Shown: piece by piece, positions 45,168-54,385 of the stretch
Layout: the number at the start of each line of letters is the position of its first letter
Position numbering within the stretch: position 1 is the stretch's first letter
Virus record (IMG/VR): IMGVR_UViG_3300025030_000115
Coordinates: 1 to 59,052 of that record
Strand: one strand, 5' to 3'
Source of the DNA: a virus
Lineage: Duplodnaviria; Caudoviricetes
Length of the DNA stretch: 59,052 nucleotides
Position numbers and translations under genes: made by a program
The notes under the pieces: model-generated
Told to the model about the DNA's origin: nothing
Databases searched by the model: none
Seen by the model: only the letters and a program-made list of their open reading frames with translations

Positions 45168-48100
45168 CTAACGTTTAATTGCCATTATTTCCAATGTAGG
45201 CTTATTGATCCACCTGCCGCTGCTAGCATCTGCGTATAGTGCTATAGTGTGGGACTGCCCTACGGCTAAGGCGGTTTTTGCGTTAACCCCGAATCCTTGG
45301 TAGTCCATATAATAAGTAGTAGAATAGCCTTGAGTACTCCCCACCGAAATACCATTCACACGTATCCCCATACCCGCAGCATAACCGTTAAAGTAAGCAT
45401 GCGCCCTAATCGCCACACTGACGTTACCTACTTCTGTAGGCACTGTGGTTAAATCCACTACTGTGGTACACATCTGAATGCTAGCATGTGCGGAAAAGTC
45501 CGCTGAAGTGTAAAAGTAATTCTGTCCTAGAGTTAGATACGAAAGTATTAATGCCTCGCCTTTTATCTGCAACGTATCTACATAAGCATCCCCAGTATAA
45601 ATCTTGTTGCCGTCTATAGTTGTCTCACCGGGTTTTGTCCAGTTCGTTATAGTGTTACTGGCTGTATTTGCTGTGCTTTGGGCTGCATCCGCTAAAGTTT
45701 TTGCTTTAGTAGCTATGGCATTTAGTAGCGTGGTTCTGGCATCATAGTAGTTTTTGAAGTTAGTTCTGAATGTTGCCCCTACTATATTAGATGTAGCAGT
45801 TAAATCAGTCAGTAAAGGAGTAATGTAAGTAGACAGCGTGGTGTAAGCTGTTCCATACGCTGTCTTTTCTGTAGTTATGCCAAAACTAGTAGCCTGGGTA
45901 TCATTTGCTGATTTTTCCGCTACAACTACGTCCCACTCTAATTTAACAGATTGCTTTTCTACTGGCGTTAGTTTGCTGTCTGAAGCTATGTCAGATAATA
46001 GACTATTTGCCGTTGTTGCATCTGCTAAAGCTGTTGCAGCATTGTCTCTCACGGTAGCTGCTAATGTTCCGCCCACCTTAGCTACGTCACTGGCGTACAC
46101 CATATTATCAGAGTCAGTGTATGTTACTGTGTTGAAGGCAGTAACCATAGAAACATCCCAGCCACTCTTCCATGTATCAATTGAGTAGTTAATATAACCA
46201 ACTATAACGTTCTTAACTGACACTTTAGGGTGTGACCACACAGTGTCTGCTTCCCCAATCCAAACACAAGAACTAACCCCGTCATGCCCGTAACGCACAG
46301 CGTAGTTTGCGTTCACCCCCCCTACTATAGACGATGAGGTATTAACCCACCCCACGCTACTACTATTATAACCTCCGATCAGTACGGTGAAATGTTTATT
46401 AGCTGAGTAGTTATAAACGTCCACTGAAAACTGAATCATGGTGTTTGTCCACAAAACCGGAAGTGCTATTTTGATAGCTCCTGTCACGCCCCCGCTAAAG
46501 GTGTATGAACCACCCACAGGTCTAGCTATAGTGGTTACATCACCGTCTGTGAAGTTTGCCATAGTAGCCGCCTTAGCTGCTATAGCGTTTAGTAAGGCAG
46601 TTCTAGCGTCGTAGTAGTTTTTCCAGTTAACCCTAAAAGCAGCCCCTACTATTGCAGTAGTGGTTGATAAGTTAGCGTCTGACAGCCACGCAGGTATGCC
46701 ACTGCTCCATGTGACACCAGAATTAAGGTAGTTAGCTAGACTTTGAAACGCACTATCGTAAGTAGTTTTTTCAGTTGTAATTCCAAATGAAGTAGCCTGT
46801 GTACCTATGCCCGCCTTTTCAGCAGCCACTATGTCCCACTCTTTGCGTACTGAGTATTTCTCGTTAGGAGTCAACCTACTATCAGAAGCTATATCTGTTA
46901 GCAGATTATTGGCCGTTGTAGCGTTTGCAGCCGCCGTTGTAGCGTTTGCAGCCGCCGTGTTAGCTGTAGTGACGGCAGTGTCAGCAGCGGTGTGGGCAGC
47001 ATCAGCTATAGTTTTTGCTTTGGTAGCTATAGCATTCAGCAGGGCAGTTCGTTTATCATAATAGTTCTTCCAGTTAGTTCTGAAAGTGGAGCCTACTATG
47101 GTAGTAGTAACCGACAAGTTAGCATCTGAAATCCAAGACGGAACCCCGCTACTCCACGTAACACCTGCATTTAAATAGTTAGCAAGAGCCTGAAATGAGT
47201 TTATGTAGTTAGTCTTTTCAGTCGTAATTGTGAAGGTGTCTGCCTGAGTACTTATACCGCTCCACTCTGCTGCAACAATATCCCACTCTTTGCGCACAGA
47301 GTGCTTTTCGGTGGCGGTTAGTTTGTTATCAGCAGCTATATCTGAAAGCAATGAGTTAGCTGTGTTGGCTGAGTTCTGAGCGGTGGCTGCATTAGTCAAG
47401 GCAGTAGCAGCCGTACTACTCGCCGTGGACAAGGTAGACGCGTCAGTGGAACTTATGGCAGCCAAAGAAGTAGGTTTGTCAGTTAAGTTATTATACCCCG
47501 AAGATGCTGCTCCAAAAATAACTTTACCTCTAAAAGTACCGCTGTTAAATTCAGGGCTGCCTGCTTTATCAATCTTCCAACCGGCACTTCCCGCAACATA
47601 ATTACTACTTTGTATCACATTACCTATCTTTGCGTTATCTATATCCCCATCTTTTATTGCTGCTTTAGCTATGTAAACTGTTCCTTGGTCAACTATGAAA
47701 GGTACCAATGGGGTAGCTCCTGGCCCCGCACCTACAATAGAAAATCTGTCAGCGAGTATCTCTACGTTGCTAGTTACTCCATCACTCCACAGACCTATCC
47801 CAGCTATCTTACCGTTGGCATCTACCTTCAACATCATCTTAGCACTTACTGCGGTGGTTATTGCTCCGTTTATCGCTGTGTTGGTTTGGACAGTAGTAGA
47901 ATAATTAATTAGGGCAGAAGCCGTGTTGTTATTGGCGGTAGCTACGGCCCCCGAAGAAGCAGTAGCAATAGCAGAATCAGTCGCAACCTTTGTATAATAG
48001 CTAGACAAGGAAGTGGCCAAAGATGTATTACTAACGAGAGAAGAAGTAGCTCCGGTAATAGCGGTAGCGGTTGCAGAATCCGCCTCTGCTTTAGTGTAAT

Positions 48101-48878
48101 AGCTGGATAGCGCAGTAGCTAATGAAGAGCTACTAACTAGTGAAGAAGTAGCTCCTGTAATAGCGGTAGCAGTCGCAGAATCTGCTTCTACTTTAGTGTA
48201 GTAGCTAGACAAAGCCGTAGCTAAAGAGGAGCCGCTAATGAATGAAGATGTAGCCCCAGTTATTGCTGTAGCGGTAGCAGAATCAGCCTCAGTCTTTGTG
48301 TAGTAGCTAGTTAACGCAGTAGCTAGCGACTCGTTAGTAACTGACCCCGAAGTGGCCCCTACAACTGCTTGAGCTATTGCCGTATCAGCCTCTACCTTAG
48401 TGTAGTAATAGTCCAACGCTGCGGCTCTGGCTTGGGCTTCCCCAGATACCGCAGCAGCTCTATCCAAAACTTCTTGGGCCAGTCTATCTACCAGACCGAG
48501 TTCAGGCAAGTCTATTAAGTCTATCCTGCTACTAAGTTCAGAGTGCAGCTCGCTGTCTGTAATCTGCCCCGACAGCATAGCAATAACATCCCCAACAGAC
48601 CGTACCTCGACACTCTTTTCCTCAGAGTAGTTTAAACTTAGAAAATCAATGTTTTCGGGGTCTTCAAAACTATCGTAAGCAGCTACCTTAACATAGTACA
48701 CCCCGTCATCTGAAGGGATAGTTACAGAAGTATCAGGCCCAATGCTAACCACATTACTTGCGGAAGGCGTGAAACCGCTCTCTAAAGATGCATTGATTAC
48801 ATAACCTACCACGTCAAGGTCAGGTGCCGGATTAAATGTCACTACATAATTTTTTATTCCAGCTTCTAAGTTTATCAT
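45168..48878 (-). CDS. Tail fibre / host-specificity protein (gpJ C-terminal-like, DUF1983) with internal repeats
   Basis: YVKVAAYDSF FN3-like start; LKVDANGKIAGIGL..ILADRFSI..IDNAKIGNVIQSSNY..GWKIDK; 3 long repeats NSLLSDIA.D.KLT..EK.SV..EWD. Confidence 0.8.
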   Translation of the reverse strand: MINLEAGIKNYVVTFNPAPDLDVVGYVINASLESGFTPSASNVVSIGPDTSVTIPSDDGVYYVKVAAYDSFEDPENIDFLSLNYSEEKSVEVRSVGDVIAMLSGQITDSELHSELSSRIDLIDLPELGLVDRLAQEVLDRAAAVSGEAQARAAALDYYYTKVEADTAIAQAVVGATSGSVTNESLATALTSYYTKTEADSATATAITGATSSFISGSSLATALSSYYTKVEADSATATAITGATSSLVSSSSLATALSSYYTKAEADSATATAITGATSSLVSNTSLATSLSSYYTKVATDSAIATASSGAVATANNNTASALINYSTTVQTNTAINGAITTAVSAKMMLKVDANGKIAGIGLWSDGVTSNVEILADRFSIVGAGPGATPLVPFIVDQGTVYIAKAAIKDGDIDNAKIGNVIQSSNYVAGSAGWKIDKAGSPEFNSGTFRGKVIFGAASSGYNNLTDKPTSLAAISSTDASTLSTASSTAATALTNAATAQNSANTANSLLSDIAADNKLTATEKHSVRKEWDIVAAEWSGISTQADTFTITTEKTNYINSFQALANYLNAGVTWSSGVPSWISDANLSVTTTIVGSTFRTNWKNYYDKRTALLNAIATKAKTIADAAHTAADTAVTTANTAAANATTAAANATTANNLLTDIASDSRLTPNEKYSVRKEWDIVAAEKAGIGTQATSFGITTEKTTYDSAFQSLANYLNSGVTWSSGIPAWLSDANLSTTTAIVGAAFRVNWKNYYDARTALLNAIAAKAATMANFTDGDVTTIARPVGGSYTFSGGVTGAIKIALPVLWTNTMIQFSVDVYNYSANKHFTVLIGGYNSSSVGWVNTSSSIVGGVNANYAVRYGHDGVSSCVWIGEADTVWSHPKVSVKNVIVGYINYSIDTWKSGWDVSMVTAFNTVTYTDSDNMVYASDVAKVGGTLAATVRDNAATALADATTANSLLSDIASDSKLTPVEKQSVKLEWDVVVAEKSANDTQATSFGITTEKTAYGTAYTTLSTYITPLLTDLTATSNIVGATFRTNFKNYYDARTTLLNAIATKAKTLADAAQSTANTASNTITNWTKPGETTIDGNKIYTGDAYVDTLQIKGEALILSYLTLGQNYFYTSADFSAHASIQMCTTVVDLTTVPTEVGNVSVAIRAHAYFNGYAAGMGIRVNGISVGSTQGYSTTYYMDYQGFGVNAKTALAVGQSHTIALYADASSGRWINKPTLEIMAIKR
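47960..48410 (-). repeat. Five 102-bp (34-aa) tandem repeats YYTKxEADSATATAITGATSS
   Basis: Period of 102 nt between YYTK codons. Confidence 0.85.
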
Positions 48879-48887
48879 AAATTATCC

Positions 48888-51800
48888 TTAAGTTATTCTA
48901 GCCGGTACTGGGTTAGCTACTTGCAATGTTTTTGGAGCAGACTCTCTTCCTAACCTATCTACTGCAATTACAGTAATACTGAAAGTTCTAACTGGCCTAC
49001 CTGCTCCGTCCACGTAATTTTGTTCGTACTTATAGTCGTAATGCTCATCATAAACCTTAGTGCTATGTCTCACAGAACCATCGGCATTCTTAATGGTTAT
49101 CTGGTATTCCTTCAACCAAGAATCCGCCGTGGCTGTTGCTAGGGCACTGTCGGTAGCTAGATCGTTGAGATTGAAGTCAACTACAGCAGGCTTCCGCCAA
49201 GTGAATTTAGCATCCTTCCCCGCAAACTCCGTAGTATTTCCCTGCCCAACTAACTGAAGACCCTTAATGCCCTTTATAAATTCCGCGTTGTCTATATACG
49301 GAGTTATGTAGAGGGTGTAGTAAGGAGTAAACTCAGTATCTCTTAGCGCCTCGGCTATACTCTGTCTAGTACCATCTGTGTAAACTGAGATACAGATGAA
49401 CTGGTATTCTCCTTCTACAGTTATCTCAGGAATGTTGACTACTCCGGTTTTGTCTATAGGAGTCTCTGAGTAAACTCCGTTAATCCCATAATAGACTATA
49501 ACTCCAGCCCACCCTAACTGAACAGGTTTTGAGTAGTAAACTCTAGCACCTGTCTTTAAGTTACCTGTAGAATCAACGTAGACGGTAGATTCAACAAGCA
49601 CATTCTTAACTGACCTCTTGATGGTATCTAAGCTGCTGTAGTTAGGCATCACTATAATTGGTAGGTCAGTAATGTCATCAGCGTCTGTGTAAATCTCGTC
49701 AAGGTACTCTACACAGGTAACTTCTATAACTTCGTCTTTGTCCCTTTTAAGAGAAATTATTTTAAAGGGCTTTATGGTGTTTGTAATGTCACCTACAATA
49801 TACAAATCATCCTTCGCTGGGGTATTTACAGGTAGTTCGTCTAAGGTAAATTCTCTGCAGATGCCCGTATTACTTGGCGTAACCGCAAATATCTCTGGAG
49901 ACTTGCCTTTACAAACTAACTGCATAGAGTATAAAACAGAAACATCCGAGCTAATTTCTACATCATCACTTACAGTTATTAGTCTGGTCTCTACATCGTA
50001 ACTTACCACCCTCCCGCCAAATCCCCACTGAGGGACGTCGTGCTGTACACCTATCACGTCCCCTACCGTAGATAGCAATCCATAAGTAGAAGTTTTAAAA
50101 GAAACAGAAGTAGTTAAGAGCTGACCAACCCTGAGAGCATATTTAGCAAGTGACTTAGCTTGATTCTCTTCGGTAACGCCAATCAACTGCAAGGTCTTTT
50201 TGCTTTCTTCCTTAGTAATGTCTAGCTGGTAATCTGGATCTTCAAGTATCAAGGTATCCTGATCGTAGTCCTTCTCTTTATTATTGAACTGGACTTCATA
50301 TACGTTAGGAAGTTGCTTGAAAGACATACCTGTTTCGACATACTCTTTAATGTTGCTCATGTTAAAGAGTTGGCTTATAGGTTTGGGTCTATCAATGTCT
50401 ATGAAAACTACCCCTTCAGTGTAGTACAAGGTAGCTCTCATCGAAGCACAAATAATAGTCAACCATTCAATAGCTGTCTTGGATTGGTCTATTACTATGT
50501 TTAGGCTGAATCTTGGTCTGGCGGATTCGTAAGCAGGGTCGTTTATATCAGTTATTACGTTACCTTCTCTCGTTACCCTAGCGTCACAGTACTGAGCCAT
50601 TATGTAAAAATTGGCCAACATTATTCCGGCTTTAGAAGGTAAAATTTTAAAGTAATCTTTAAGGCCATACCTAGAGTTAGTTATCAGATCGTACAAGCAC
50701 CACACAGGGTTGTCAGTCCACTGCTTGTCTGGTTGAAATTCACCCGTAAAACTGCCAGCCATGTACCTTCTAGTTCCATTATAATTTACCGGAACTTTGA
50801 CCTTAGTACCCTGAATTATGGACGTTACGTTAGGTAACCCCCCAGAAATGTATTCAGTAGCTTTTATAGATAAGCCCATTAAGGCTGTGTGAGGGTACAC
50901 TAAAGATTCATTGACAACTTCCACTAAATCTTTTACGTATATGGCGTCTTGGATAAGAAGATCGTCTATGTTAGATTTAGTCTCCCTCACCACAAGCAAA
51001 TCGTAGGTAGCTACTTCAGACATTGGCAGAGCTACTGAATATTCTAAGGAAGATTTGGTCTTTCCTTTCATCGTAGCTGCTTTGAATTTTTCAGTAGTAC
51101 CGTTTTCGTAGTGAGTTGTGAAGAATTCCTCGTCTGTCTTTTTCCAGTAGATTTTTAAATCTACTGAGGTTTCTTTTATATCTCCGCCAGAACTTTTATA
51201 AAGAACTGGCGCGGTGAAGTTAACAATTACTTTATCTACTGGTATACTAGTGGTCATTACAAGACCGTTGATACTTACTACTCCAGCAGGGCTTATAGAG
51301 CCTTCGGTGTCATTTGCGACCAAAAGATTGTAATCGGTAGAGTTACTTACTTGATTAAAGTTTTTCATTACAGGGCCGGTGTCAGAAGATATGGTTCCGG
51401 CTTCCTGTATTGTATATTTAGAAACGTAGAAGGCTTCTGGAATATATTGTATCTCCGGGCTGTAAACCCCATCTACCCAAGAGTTATACTCATAACTTAG
51501 CATTGCGGTTTCTACTACTTTTATTTTGTAAACTCCAGGATTGACGAAATTTACAGTAAACTTTTTAGGCGGATTGTTTTTCTCATACTTAGCAGTGAAG
51601 TCGTAGAATTTTGTGTAGTCGGAGGCATCTGAAGCTAACTTATAGTACACCCTAAAGCCATAACTTATAAATAATATCTTAGGCAGAGATACCCTAGACA
51701 GTTGTAATTCAACGCTGGTAGCCGTAGTCTCTAGGGTTCTTTCCCAACCTGTTGCGGTGATTATAGCTTGTGTCTCTGGGGTGACTACGCTAGTGGCGTC

Positions 51801-52568
51801 CACAGCAGTTACTAAAGCGCTAGAAGGTGCGGGTTGTAATTTACTACCGTACCTGTAAAGTGCCTCTATGTCCGAGGAAGGAAATGTGTAGGCTCTCCTT
51901 CCGTTTATCTCTAAAGAGTTTGGGTCGATAGAATTGATTTCGCCTTCACAAAGACCTAGTTGAAGTCTTAGCCAACTAGTGTTTCCTACTGCCCCAGTAC
52001 CTATAACGTCATTGTATGCGTTCAGTATGTGCCCACCTACACGATGAGTCCCATAAACAATACCTATCGGAGTACCTAAGACGGTAGTATTTTTGATGCC
52101 AGAGAAAGTGTATGTAGCGGAGGTATTGTTTCCAGAGTCAAAGGTTGGTAGCGATGGCGTCCCTGCTATGAGTTCACCTACCCCGCCTAGGGCCATACCA
52201 GCGCCCATCAAAGCAAGACCCGGACCCCAAGTAGCTCCCCAGTTGAATAAGCCAATAGCCATTAGAGCAGCGCCGGCAATGATCCTACCTACAGCACTTT
52301 CTCCATAAGGCACATCACAGCCTACTTCAAGTATATCTTCAGAACCAACCTTTCGGTGTATTTCCTTTACTTCTGTTATGTATTCTCCGTTTAATTTAAA
52401 AGAAGTCTTATCAGCTTCCTTACCATTATCTGCCACCAAAAATACATGCAGTTGAGGATAATCATTTAAAAGACTCTCTAACACAACACGCAGAGAATCG
52501 CCTTTGACCTCTATAGTTTCCTGAAAACTTGTATATTTAAAAAAGTATGGATCAAATTTAATTATCAT
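48888..52568 (-). CDS. Tail tip protein: gpI-like domain fused to gpJ-like hub
   Basis: N-terminal ubiquitin-like plus Gly-rich hydrophobic gpI segment; TYTFSG..NT..GTPIGIVYGTHRVGG, LCEGEI, YPHTAL, WTDNPVWCLYDL, VGDVIGVQHD. Start placed at MIIKF. Confidence 0.85.
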   Translation of the reverse strand: MIIKFDPYFFKYTSFQETIEVKGDSLRVVLESLLNDYPQLHVFLVADNGKEADKTSFKLNGEYITEVKEIHRKVGSEDILEVGCDVPYGESAVGRIIAGAALMAIGLFNWGATWGPGLALMGAGMALGGVGELIAGTPSLPTFDSGNNTSATYTFSGIKNTTVLGTPIGIVYGTHRVGGHILNAYNDVIGTGAVGNTSWLRLQLGLCEGEINSIDPNSLEINGRRAYTFPSSDIEALYRYGSKLQPAPSSALVTAVDATSVVTPETQAIITATGWERTLETTATSVELQLSRVSLPKILFISYGFRVYYKLASDASDYTKFYDFTAKYEKNNPPKKFTVNFVNPGVYKIKVVETAMLSYEYNSWVDGVYSPEIQYIPEAFYVSKYTIQEAGTISSDTGPVMKNFNQVSNSTDYNLLVANDTEGSISPAGVVSINGLVMTTSIPVDKVIVNFTAPVLYKSSGGDIKETSVDLKIYWKKTDEEFFTTHYENGTTEKFKAATMKGKTKSSLEYSVALPMSEVATYDLLVVRETKSNIDDLLIQDAIYVKDLVEVVNESLVYPHTALMGLSIKATEYISGGLPNVTSIIQGTKVKVPVNYNGTRRYMAGSFTGEFQPDKQWTDNPVWCLYDLITNSRYGLKDYFKILPSKAGIMLANFYIMAQYCDARVTREGNVITDINDPAYESARPRFSLNIVIDQSKTAIEWLTIICASMRATLYYTEGVVFIDIDRPKPISQLFNMSNIKEYVETGMSFKQLPNVYEVQFNNKEKDYDQDTLILEDPDYQLDITKEESKKTLQLIGVTEENQAKSLAKYALRVGQLLTTSVSFKTSTYGLLSTVGDVIGVQHDVPQWGFGGRVVSYDVETRLITVSDDVEISSDVSVLYSMQLVCKGKSPEIFAVTPSNTGICREFTLDELPVNTPAKDDLYIVGDITNTIKPFKIISLKRDKDEVIEVTCVEYLDEIYTDADDITDLPIIVMPNYSSLDTIKRSVKNVLVESTVYVDSTGNLKTGARVYYSKPVQLGWAGVIVYYGINGVYSETPIDKTGVVNIPEITVEGEYQFICISVYTDGTRQSIAEALRDTEFTPYYTLYITPYIDNAEFIKGIKGLQLVGQGNTTEFAGKDAKFTWRKPAVVDFNLNDLATDSALATATADSWLKEYQITIKNADGSVRHSTKVYDEHYDYKYEQNYVDGAGRPVRTFSITVIAVDRLGRESAPKTLQVANPVPARIT

Positions 52569-52962
52569 TTTGATTATCCTTGTGCCTGAGTATGCAATGT
52601 ATCTTGCCATACCACTGACCACTTTTGTAAGAATGAACTGCTGTGCCTATTTTAGTGGTATGTATGAAATACTCAGAATCTATTATTACGCCTAGATGCT
52701 TAGGGATTCTGTGTTCAATTAAAACTACTACATCGCCTTTCCTCGGAGAGTCGGGTATCTTAAAGAAACCTTCAGACTCATAACGGGCAAGTATCAGGTT
52801 GTCCTTTAGATTAAACCAGTCCTCAACATAATCAGCGTCTGGAAGGTCTATTCCGAATTCCTTAGAGTAAATGAGTTTGACCAGTCTGTAGCAATCAGCA
52901 CCTTCTCCGACGCCAGAACCTCTAAACTTATACGGAATTTTCAAATACTCTAAGTAATTCAT
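52558..52962 (-). CDS. NlpC/P60 tail assembly protein (gpK C-terminal half)
   Basis: IPYKFRG...ADCYRLV, GDVV, HLGV, FIHT. Confidence 0.85.
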   Translation of the reverse strand: MNYLEYLKIPYKFRGSGVGEGADCYRLVKLIYSKEFGIDLPDADYVEDWFNLKDNLILARYESEGFFKIPDSPRKGDVVVLIEHRIPKHLGVIIDSEYFIHTTKIGTAVHSYKSGQWYGKIHCILRHKDNQNDN

Positions 52963-52963
52963 G

Positions 52964-53605
52964 TTAGAAATTTATCCTTCTGGTTTGTGTAGGAATCCCA
53001 GGGAAGCCTCCGAACCTAGCCTCGTTACCCTTCTGCCTACAGCTATCTAAGTCTTTAGTGCAGGTACTCTCAGCCCCCGCGTACATGCAAGTTTCTGGAT
53101 CTTTGAATCTCCAGTAACACATGTGAGTGAACCTTCGTCTAGGAATTTTTATACTAAAGTCACACACAGGGTCTAACTGAAATTGTACGGTCTGGTCTGT
53201 AGCAGTGTAGCTGTCAATTATAAAAGAGTCTTCTACGCAAGACAAAGGATCTGGAGACTCACCTGAATCCAGAAAACGCTCAAAGACAGTCTTAACTTCT
53301 ACACGAATTCCCCTTAAGCCTTTAAACTGTTGTAAGTAAGCCTGAAAGGTTCTCTCTGGGTTTGCCACAACAAGACTTGCTTTACTTATCTCTCCGGTCC
53401 CGGTCATCTCTATACCATTAAAAATGACCGGAAACTTTATGTAGGTAACTCCATCATAAATTACATCTTCATTTGCATCTACTATATTTATGCTAGTAGG
53501 TTCAGGAGTCGTAGGAATATCCATAAAAGTGATTAGATGATAAAGTTGGCCTTGTTCTGTTTTAGTAGTTTCTTCTCTAAATAATGCGCTTAAGTCTCTA
53601 GCCAT
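52964..53605 (-). CDS. Minor tail protein L-like
   Basis: IPRRRF, CYWRFK..ETCMY, CTKDLDSC, FGGFPG (four Cys). Confidence 0.85.
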   Translation of the reverse strand: MARDLSALFREETTKTEQGQLYHLITFMDIPTTPEPTSINIVDANEDVIYDGVTYIKFPVIFNGIEMTGTGEISKASLVVANPERTFQAYLQQFKGLRGIRVEVKTVFERFLDSGESPDPLSCVEDSFIIDSYTATDQTVQFQLDPVCDFSIKIPRRRFTHMCYWRFKDPETCMYAGAESTCTKDLDSCRQKGNEARFGGFPGIPTQTRRINF

Positions 53606-53895
53606 AAATAATCATCCTTTGTTACTATCAGAAATTTGTAAGGAAACCTTTTAGCAGTTTCTAGGTCTGCCTCGGAAGGTTTGCAATTATAAGGATGTGT
53701 GTGCCATATAGCAACCACCCTAGCACCTGAATTTAAAAGACTAAACCAACTGAACTTATCAAACACAAACGCATCTTTATTTCTGGACACATTTGCAATC
53801 TCAACTGTGGTTCCGTCCCCTAAAATTACCCCGCACCTTTCGCTTACTAAATTTGATAGTGCTTGTAATTTTCTAAGTGATTCCTCAGAAAGCAT
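53590..53895 (-). CDS. JAB/MPN domain protein (gpK N-terminal half)
   Basis: ERCGVI, WHTHP..CKPSEAD. Confidence 0.85.
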   Translation of the reverse strand: MLSEESLRKLQALSNLVSERCGVILGDGTTVEIANVSRNKDAFVFDKFSWFSLLNSGARVVAIWHTHPYNCKPSEADLETAKRFPYKFLIVTKDDYLWLET

Positions 53896-54272
53896 TACAG
53901 AACCTCTTCTAGTTGAACGTCCAAGGAGTATAGAGGAGTCTTGAAGTTATGTGCGAAACTCTTAGCAGCAAAGGCTTCCATTTTAAACCTCACAGTGAAC
54001 TCTTCTTTACTTACGGGGTCAGTCCATTTAAACGCCGAGTAAGAACCTTTCCTAGCTATGTAAAAGTCTTTCAAGGTTTTGTACTGAGTGTCTGTAAGTG
54101 CCTTGTAGGAAAAGTCGAAGGTTTGCTTAAGTCTACCTTTTGGCCGGACTTCCTCAATCCCGCTGTCTGACACAAATGAGATGTTATTGCTCTTAATTCC
54201 ATAAGAAACAGGAAGCGAACAATTGGGCATAGGCTTTCCTGTAGTTGTGTCGGTAGTTGGGTACGTTTCCAT
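53895..54272 (-). CDS. Minor tail protein M-like / distal tail protein
   Basis: SDSGIEEVR, FYIARKG...FKWTDP, VRF, LEEV; follows the tape measure gene. Confidence 0.75.
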   Translation of the reverse strand: METYPTTDTTTGKPMPNCSLPVSYGIKSNNISFVSDSGIEEVRPKGRLKQTFDFSYKALTDTQYKTLKDFYIARKGSYSAFKWTDPVSKEEFTVRFKMEAFAAKSFAHNFKTPLYSLDVQLEEVL

Positions 54273-54302
54273 ATTCTCTCCTGTACTATGTCTTTCTACT
54301 CT

Positions 54303-54334
54303 ATTATATACAAAATGGTTCAGTATTTTATTAC
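54303..54334 (-). promoter_or_regulatory. Phage-specific promoter GTAATA-N17-GTATATAAT
   Basis: Immediately after the tape-measure terminator, upstream of the tail-tip operon. Confidence 0.68.
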
Positions 54335-54340
54335 TTGAGC

Positions 54341-54375
54341 AAAGAAAAACCCTACTAAATTTTTGTTTAGTAGGG
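54341..54375 (-). terminator. Rho-independent terminator after the tape measure gene
   Basis: CCCTACTAAA / TTTAGTAGGG stem with a T-tract on the minus strand. Confidence 0.75.
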
Positions 54376-54385
54376 GTTATTTAAT

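Noticed and set aside
45168-48878. Diversity-generating retroelement target or invertible fibre cassette
   Set aside because: No reverse transcriptase, no adenine-variant template/variable repeat pair and no invertase; the repeats are in-frame structural repeats.
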